From: a virus
Reading direction: 5' to 3' (one strand)
Virus record (IMG/VR): IMGVR_UViG_3300032157_000002
Location: 81,327-102,270 of that record
DNA: 20,944 nt
Shown here: positions 16,865-20,944 of the stretch, one piece after another
Layout of the letters: every line of letters starts with the position of its first letter
How positions within the stretch are numbered: the first letter of the stretch is position 1
Translations under genes and position numbers: made by a program
The notes under the pieces: model-generated
Seen by the model: only the letters and a program-made list of their open reading frames with translations
What the model was told of the DNA's origin: nothing
Database searches by the model: none

Positions 16865-17419
16865 TCAACTGCCTTTGCACGGTCTGGCTTTGACTTCGCA
16901 GCGATAGTTTTGGATTCCGAATTGCGAGACGCTGCTTTCGGAGCAGGTAACGCCGGGCTGTTCGTCGCCACCGATTTTGTCGGCTCGGCGCCAGGACATG
17001 TAAGCCTCTCCGGCGTCGTATCGCACTTCCTTTTGCCAAGTTTCGATGGCAGTATTGATGGCCCACTGACGTTTGATGCGCTGGAGGCCTTTGGCCCGAA
17101 TGACTTCACGCCAGCAGCGGCCAGAGCCAGCGTAACGGCGATCGTAATCCCGATCCCGAGTCTCGCTGTAAGAGCGATCACGGCTATGGCGCGGTTCAGC
17201 CACATAGATTCTCTCCCGGCGAGCTTGTTCACGCTGGATGCGGCGGCGGCATTCGCCGACTGAGACATGGCGTCCGCAGATGGAGCCGGCGACCTTCTTG
17301 ATGTAGTCCTGGCGCTCGGCGCGGGCGCGATCCTGCTCATAGCCGGCATAGGGTTCGTCAGCGTTTACCGCATTGGGGATCGCTAGCAGGATGGCCAGGG
17401 GGATTATCATTTTCATCAT
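16865..17419 (-). CDS. Exported Cys-containing protein
   Basis: Signal peptide MMKMIIPLAILLAIPNAVNA; Arg/Asp-rich linker; C-terminal C..W..W..C..C...ARPC domain. Confidence 0.7.
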   Translation of the reverse strand: MMKMIIPLAILLAIPNAVNADEPYAGYEQDRARAERQDYIKKVAGSICGRHVSVGECRRRIQREQARRERIYVAEPRHSRDRSYSETRDRDYDRRYAGSGRCWREVIRAKGLQRIKRQWAINTAIETWQKEVRYDAGEAYMSWRRADKIGGDEQPGVTCSESSVSQFGIQNYRCEVKARPCKGS

Positions 17420-17535
17420 GGCTTCTCTCTTTCTGGTCTTGGAGCCACCTTTCGCGCAATGCGTTGATGGCTACCTCATAACAGCGAGCGCTGTTTATGC
17501 TCGCATGAGTCGCGTCCCAGTCCTCGTCAGAAATC

Positions 17536-18495
17536 TCAGTCACGCCTGTTCTTCTGAAAGACTTCAAGCAAACCCGGTTGGTCGCTGGCGTCAGGGATGG
17601 CTTTGGGGGCCGGCTTCCATCCCTGCTCATCGCCTTGCTTCTCGGCGGTCACGAGCCTCATTAGGGTTCCGGTCTGAGTCCTTATAATGACGGCAGTAAC
17701 TGAGATAGTTGCATCCTGCGTGCGGCACTCACCATCAATCCGGCGAGACGCGCTCCCATCTGTTGTTGCGATAACCTTTACGCCAGACATGAAGTTGCCG
17801 ACGCAGGGTTTGGCTAGATCGCCGAGAGATAGAGATGTGTAATCATCAACGTTTTTGGTGTTGCCGGTGGCGATTATCAGCTTGCCAAGCTTCCCGTTGT
17901 CATAGTTAAAGACAACTTCCTCTCCGGCTTTGGCTGAAACAATAGTATACTGCGATCCATTCTTTGTCATAAGGTCTGACACAACACCCTTTATATCTTC
18001 TGGTGGAAGAATGGTGACATCATTCCTTGCGACTTGTGGAGCTGGCGCATGCAGATTGCGGACACAGTTTACGACCTCGGCCATCGCCACAGCCGTCCCC
18101 TGAAGGTTGAACACCAAATTCCCGGCCGGGTGATTGATGATCATACTATTTCCGGCTCTTAGCGTCTTGTATAGGTGGACGCCTGAGAGAGGAATAAAGG
18201 CAGTGTCTTTCTTAAGAAACTTCGCACTACCTTGAGCAACGATCTGACCGTCAACGATAGCGGTAATCGGGACAGTTGCTCCTGGATTAAGCCTCCAGGA
18301 GGGATCGGTAAGCCCAATACCCCAATTGTAATCCTTTCCGACAGAGACGTGCAAAGTTACACCGCCCTGCGGTGCATATTGGGTCGCCAAACAAGAGTCG
18401 GATGCTGGAGTGATTTCCCAGGTGCCGGCCTTGTAGGCGCTTGCTGGGGTGGCTAGCGCCAGGAAAACTGCGGTGATTATGGTTAGTTTCTTCAT
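17536..18495 (-). CDS. Exported two-domain protein resembling periplasmic hypothetical proteins of Hyphomicrobiales
   Basis: Signal peptide MKKLTIITAVFLALATPASA; two Cys pairs; W.L.PG..VDG motif; visibly more AT-rich than its neighbours. Confidence 0.75.
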   Translation of the reverse strand: MKKLTIITAVFLALATPASAYKAGTWEITPASDSCLATQYAPQGGVTLHVSVGKDYNWGIGLTDPSWRLNPGATVPITAIVDGQIVAQGSAKFLKKDTAFIPLSGVHLYKTLRAGNSMIINHPAGNLVFNLQGTAVAMAEVVNCVRNLHAPAPQVARNDVTILPPEDIKGVVSDLMTKNGSQYTIVSAKAGEEVVFNYDNGKLGKLIIATGNTKNVDDYTSLSLGDLAKPCVGNFMSGVKVIATTDGSASRRIDGECRTQDATISVTAVIIRTQTGTLMRLVTAEKQGDEQGWKPAPKAIPDASDQPGLLEVFQKNRRD

Positions 18496-18519
18496 GGCTA
18501 CTCTCTTACTTTGGGGAAA

Positions 18520-18600
18520 ATTTACAAATGCCCTCCGGCTGCTTGGGAGATCAACCGGAGGGCTATGAGGCGAAACTGGGAGAATCTTAGGTTCCGCCCC
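18520..18600 (-). ncRNA. Candidate small RNA with two UCUCCCA anti-Shine-Dalgarno loops; 3' hairpin may double as terminator
   Basis: Minus strand GGGGCGGAAC-CTAAGATTCTCCCA-GTTTCGCCTC and GCCCTCCGGTTG-ATCTCCCAAG-CAGCCGGAGGGC-ATTTGT; all three G-U pairs valid only on minus. Confidence 0.55.
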
Positions 18601-18613
18601 CGCATGCGACCGT

Positions 18614-18790
18614 TTAGCGGCGCGATCTCCGTTCGTCGCGCCGCTGAATGCTTGCCATCAGCTCCGAGCGCAGACCATGTTTTGGGGTGAATTCAATCCA
18701 CTCCAAGCGATCCTCCGACTCATCATTCCAACCCCAAAGGTCTTCACGAAGTTCGTCGATCGTCATCTCGGTGTAAGACTTTTTCGTCAT
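18614..18790 (-). CDS. 58-aa hypothetical protein (not in ORF track)
   Basis: MTKKSYTEMTIDELREDLWGW...RRDERRSRR; starts 12 nt after the OMP stop. Confidence 0.5.
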   Translation of the reverse strand: MTKKSYTEMTIDELREDLWGWNDESEDRLEWIEFTPKHGLRSELMASIQRRDERRSRR

Positions 18791-18802
18791 TTGCGTTCTT
18801 TC

Positions 18803-19720
18803 TTAGCGGCCGAAGCCGTTGAGCTTGATCTTCAGGGTGCCCATGATGCGGTCTTCCTCCGCATCGGCTTCGATCTTCAGGTTGGGCGTGTTGACCAGCG
18901 TCTCGGTGTCATAGAAGGCATGCTGGTATTCGAGGCCAAGAAAGACGTTGTCGGATACGGCGAATTCGACGCCGCCACCAACGGTAATCCCCTTGAAGTC
19001 CACGCCATCGTAATCAGACTGGCCATAGCCCACGAGACCATAGAGCAGGGTGCGCGGAGCGACGATGAAGCCGGCGCGTGCGGCAGCAAGCCACTGGCCG
19101 TCCAGACCCTCAACGGCTGACCAGTTATAGTCGCCGAACACGCCAACCACGATGCGGCCAAGCGCCTGATCATAGCCAACGCGAGCACCGCCAAGAAGTC
19201 CGCTGTCGGACTCTTTGCCACTCGTCTTCACGGTAGCCGCTGGCGTGACGACTTCGGTGTGAGCCTCAACAGCGGCGTTGTAGCCACTGGTGATGGACGG
19301 GTCATTCGGCAGCATGGCGCGGAGCTGGTCGCACTCGTCGGAGGTAACGTTGGTCACCGATGCGCCAGCGTGAATCTCGGCGTCGTGAACGCGCTCATCA
19401 TTCGGGTCCCAAGGATTGCCAATATCCTCGAAGCCTTTGGCGAATTCAGCCCAGCAACGCGATGCAGCAGCCTCAACTTCTCGGGTTACTGCCGGGAAGT
19501 TGTCGGTTCGGGACCAGTTCATGGTATTGATGCCATAGCCGACCTGACCGCCCACATAGAAGCCGGTCCAGTTCACGACGCTGCCGCGTTCTGCGAACTC
19601 CATGGTATCCTTGGTGGAGCCGCCATTGATGTCAGCAGCAAACACCTTGCTCGCAATAGGCGCTGCGATCAGGAGCGCGCCGAGCGCGACACCAGCAGCA
19701 AGCCGAGAATAAGTTGTCAT
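18803..19720 (-). CDS. Outer-membrane beta-barrel protein, Omp25/Omp31/RopB-like, with a large loop insertion
   Basis: Signal peptide ending FAAD; GGSTKD; NWTGFYVGGQVGYG; GLLGG.RVGYD; ARAG..L.YG.VGY; G.TVGGGVEFA..DN...LEY. Confidence 0.88.
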   Translation of the reverse strand: MTTYSRLAAGVALGALLIAAPIASKVFAADINGGSTKDTMEFAERGSVVNWTGFYVGGQVGYGINTMNWSRTDNFPAVTREVEAAASRCWAEFAKGFEDIGNPWDPNDERVHDAEIHAGASVTNVTSDECDQLRAMLPNDPSITSGYNAAVEAHTEVVTPAATVKTSGKESDSGLLGGARVGYDQALGRIVVGVFGDYNWSAVEGLDGQWLAAARAGFIVAPRTLLYGLVGYGQSDYDGVDFKGITVGGGVEFAVSDNVFLGLEYQHAFYDTETLVNTPNLKIEADAEEDRIMGTLKIKLNGFGR

Positions 19721-19843
19721 CTGTCTTCCCTTCGTTTTGTCTCATCCCGTGACCTGCCCTCGAATCGAGACTGAATCGGGATATCGGGCGAGCTTATAGA
19801 GGTGACTTCTGGCAGAAGAAGCAAAAACTGCGCTTTTTCCAGA

Positions 19844-20905
19844 TCAAGCGCCCATTGCTGTGGCTGGCGGGGCACAGGGCATATCGCGCCAATAGTCCGC
19901 CGCCTTGCCCGCGCAATCCCAGGTCAGCAGGCCCAAACTGGCGCTGCCGAAAAACAAGGCCACCTTCGCCACCTCCTCTTCTTCCGTCTCAATCGACAGT
20001 TTTTGCCCCAGCATCACATCGCCCGGCACCAAGCCTTCATAGACAAAGCACAAGCCCCTGGGGTCGGGTTGGCTGTAGAGTTCGCGCTCCCTGGCCCACA
20101 GGTCGATCGGTGTCTCCTCAAGCCGGAATGGGTTCAGCCAGCCGAACCGACCTCCAGGCCGGTAGTCGCGCTGTATCGGGCGTGGCCTTGGCATCGGCCC
20201 CGGCAGCTTCACCACATTCTGCTGGGTGCCATGATAAATCCGGTAGGTATGGCCGCTTCTGTTGCCGATCACCTCGAAATAGCCCCGCGTCTTCAAGCTG
20301 ATCTTCTGGGCCTCGGTGATGTTGTTCCAGAGCAGTTCGCGGCCCTTGTTATGGGCATCCATGATGCCGGTAACCGGAACAGCCGGAGGCGGCACCTCAT
20401 TGCGCAAATGCGGATACTGGCGCAGCAGATCATTGACGCTGGCTTCGATCCATTGGATGGCATCGGGGCGGGCATAGGGATCGCGTTCGAAATCAAGCCT
20501 CTCCTGTAGCCTCTCGCGGAGGCGTCTCTGGGCTTCATATAGTTCGCGGTCGAAGGTGGCCCGCTGCACCGGGCGGCGCGGGGCTGGAAAACTGTGACTC
20601 ATGGCTCGTCTCTGATCTCGATAGGAATAGGCAGCCTGGGTCCATCTTTCGGCTTCGCGATGGGCGTCAGTGTTATACGCATTCCAATCATTCGTTGAGC
20701 GAATGGCGCCGCGCTCCCGCGCTCGCTCGACGCGAAAATGAATGGTGCGATCCCTGACGCGCCGGATGTACAATTCACGCGCCATCGCCTCAATGGTGGG
20801 AAAGTCAACGCGGTCCTGAACGCAAAACCGACGACGCTCCTCATGGGCAGCATAATCGAGCCGGCTGCCAACCGCCGTATCATTCGTAAAGCGCAGTTCC
20901 ATCAT
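19844..20905 (-). CDS. Hypothetical protein with conserved-looking C-terminal domain
   Basis: 353 aa; LL...Q....GYFEVIG..SG..YRI..G...NV...LCF...GDVMLGQK..ET.E motif recalled from alphaproteobacterial/phage hypothetical proteins; true start uncertain. Confidence 0.65.
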   Translation of the reverse strand: MMELRFTNDTAVGSRLDYAAHEERRRFCVQDRVDFPTIEAMARELYIRRVRDRTIHFRVERARERGAIRSTNDWNAYNTDAHREAERWTQAAYSYRDQRRAMSHSFPAPRRPVQRATFDRELYEAQRRLRERLQERLDFERDPYARPDAIQWIEASVNDLLRQYPHLRNEVPPPAVPVTGIMDAHNKGRELLWNNITEAQKISLKTRGYFEVIGNRSGHTYRIYHGTQQNVVKLPGPMPRPRPIQRDYRPGGRFGWLNPFRLEETPIDLWARERELYSQPDPRGLCFVYEGLVPGDVMLGQKLSIETEEEEVAKVALFFGSASLGLLTWDCAGKAADYWRDMPCAPPATAMGA

Positions 20906-20944
20906 GTGGCAAAGGTAGTAGTGTGGCTCCTCCCAAATCCGGAT

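Noticed and set aside
17358-17543. Small minus-strand ORF starting GTG 17543
   Set aside because: Plausibly coupled to the upstream stop but overlaps the next gene by 62 nt and has no recognisable motif; unresolved
18613-18648. Strong hairpin at the end of the 58-aa ORF
   Set aside because: Overlaps coding sequence, lacks a U-tract and the CUCCCA loop; role unclear

Overview
A 20.9 kb fragment of a tailed dsDNA phage, probably podovirus-like, of an Alphaproteobacterium. The Omp25/RopB-like gene and the Rhizobiales-type tRNA-Ser suggest a Hyphomicrobiales host. The left part (+ strand, 1-11975) is the end of the virion/lysis module: a 5'-truncated giant polyvalent protein (two ART-like domains, zincin motifs, LPD23-like region), a GH24 lysozyme-domain protein, two tail-fibre plus tip-protein pairs, a GH19 endolysin and overlapping i-/o-spanins. 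The right part is mostly - strand and accessory: a KilA-N gene with an internal 26-bp palindrome, a tRNA-Ser(GCT) tightly sandwiched between two paralogous HNH genes with degenerate catalytic motifs, a structured RNA, a basic protein controlled by a Met-Thr-stop mini-ORF hairpin leader, three exported host-like envelope proteins and a candidate AbcR-like small RNA. All assignments are from motif recognition by eye; no searches were run.
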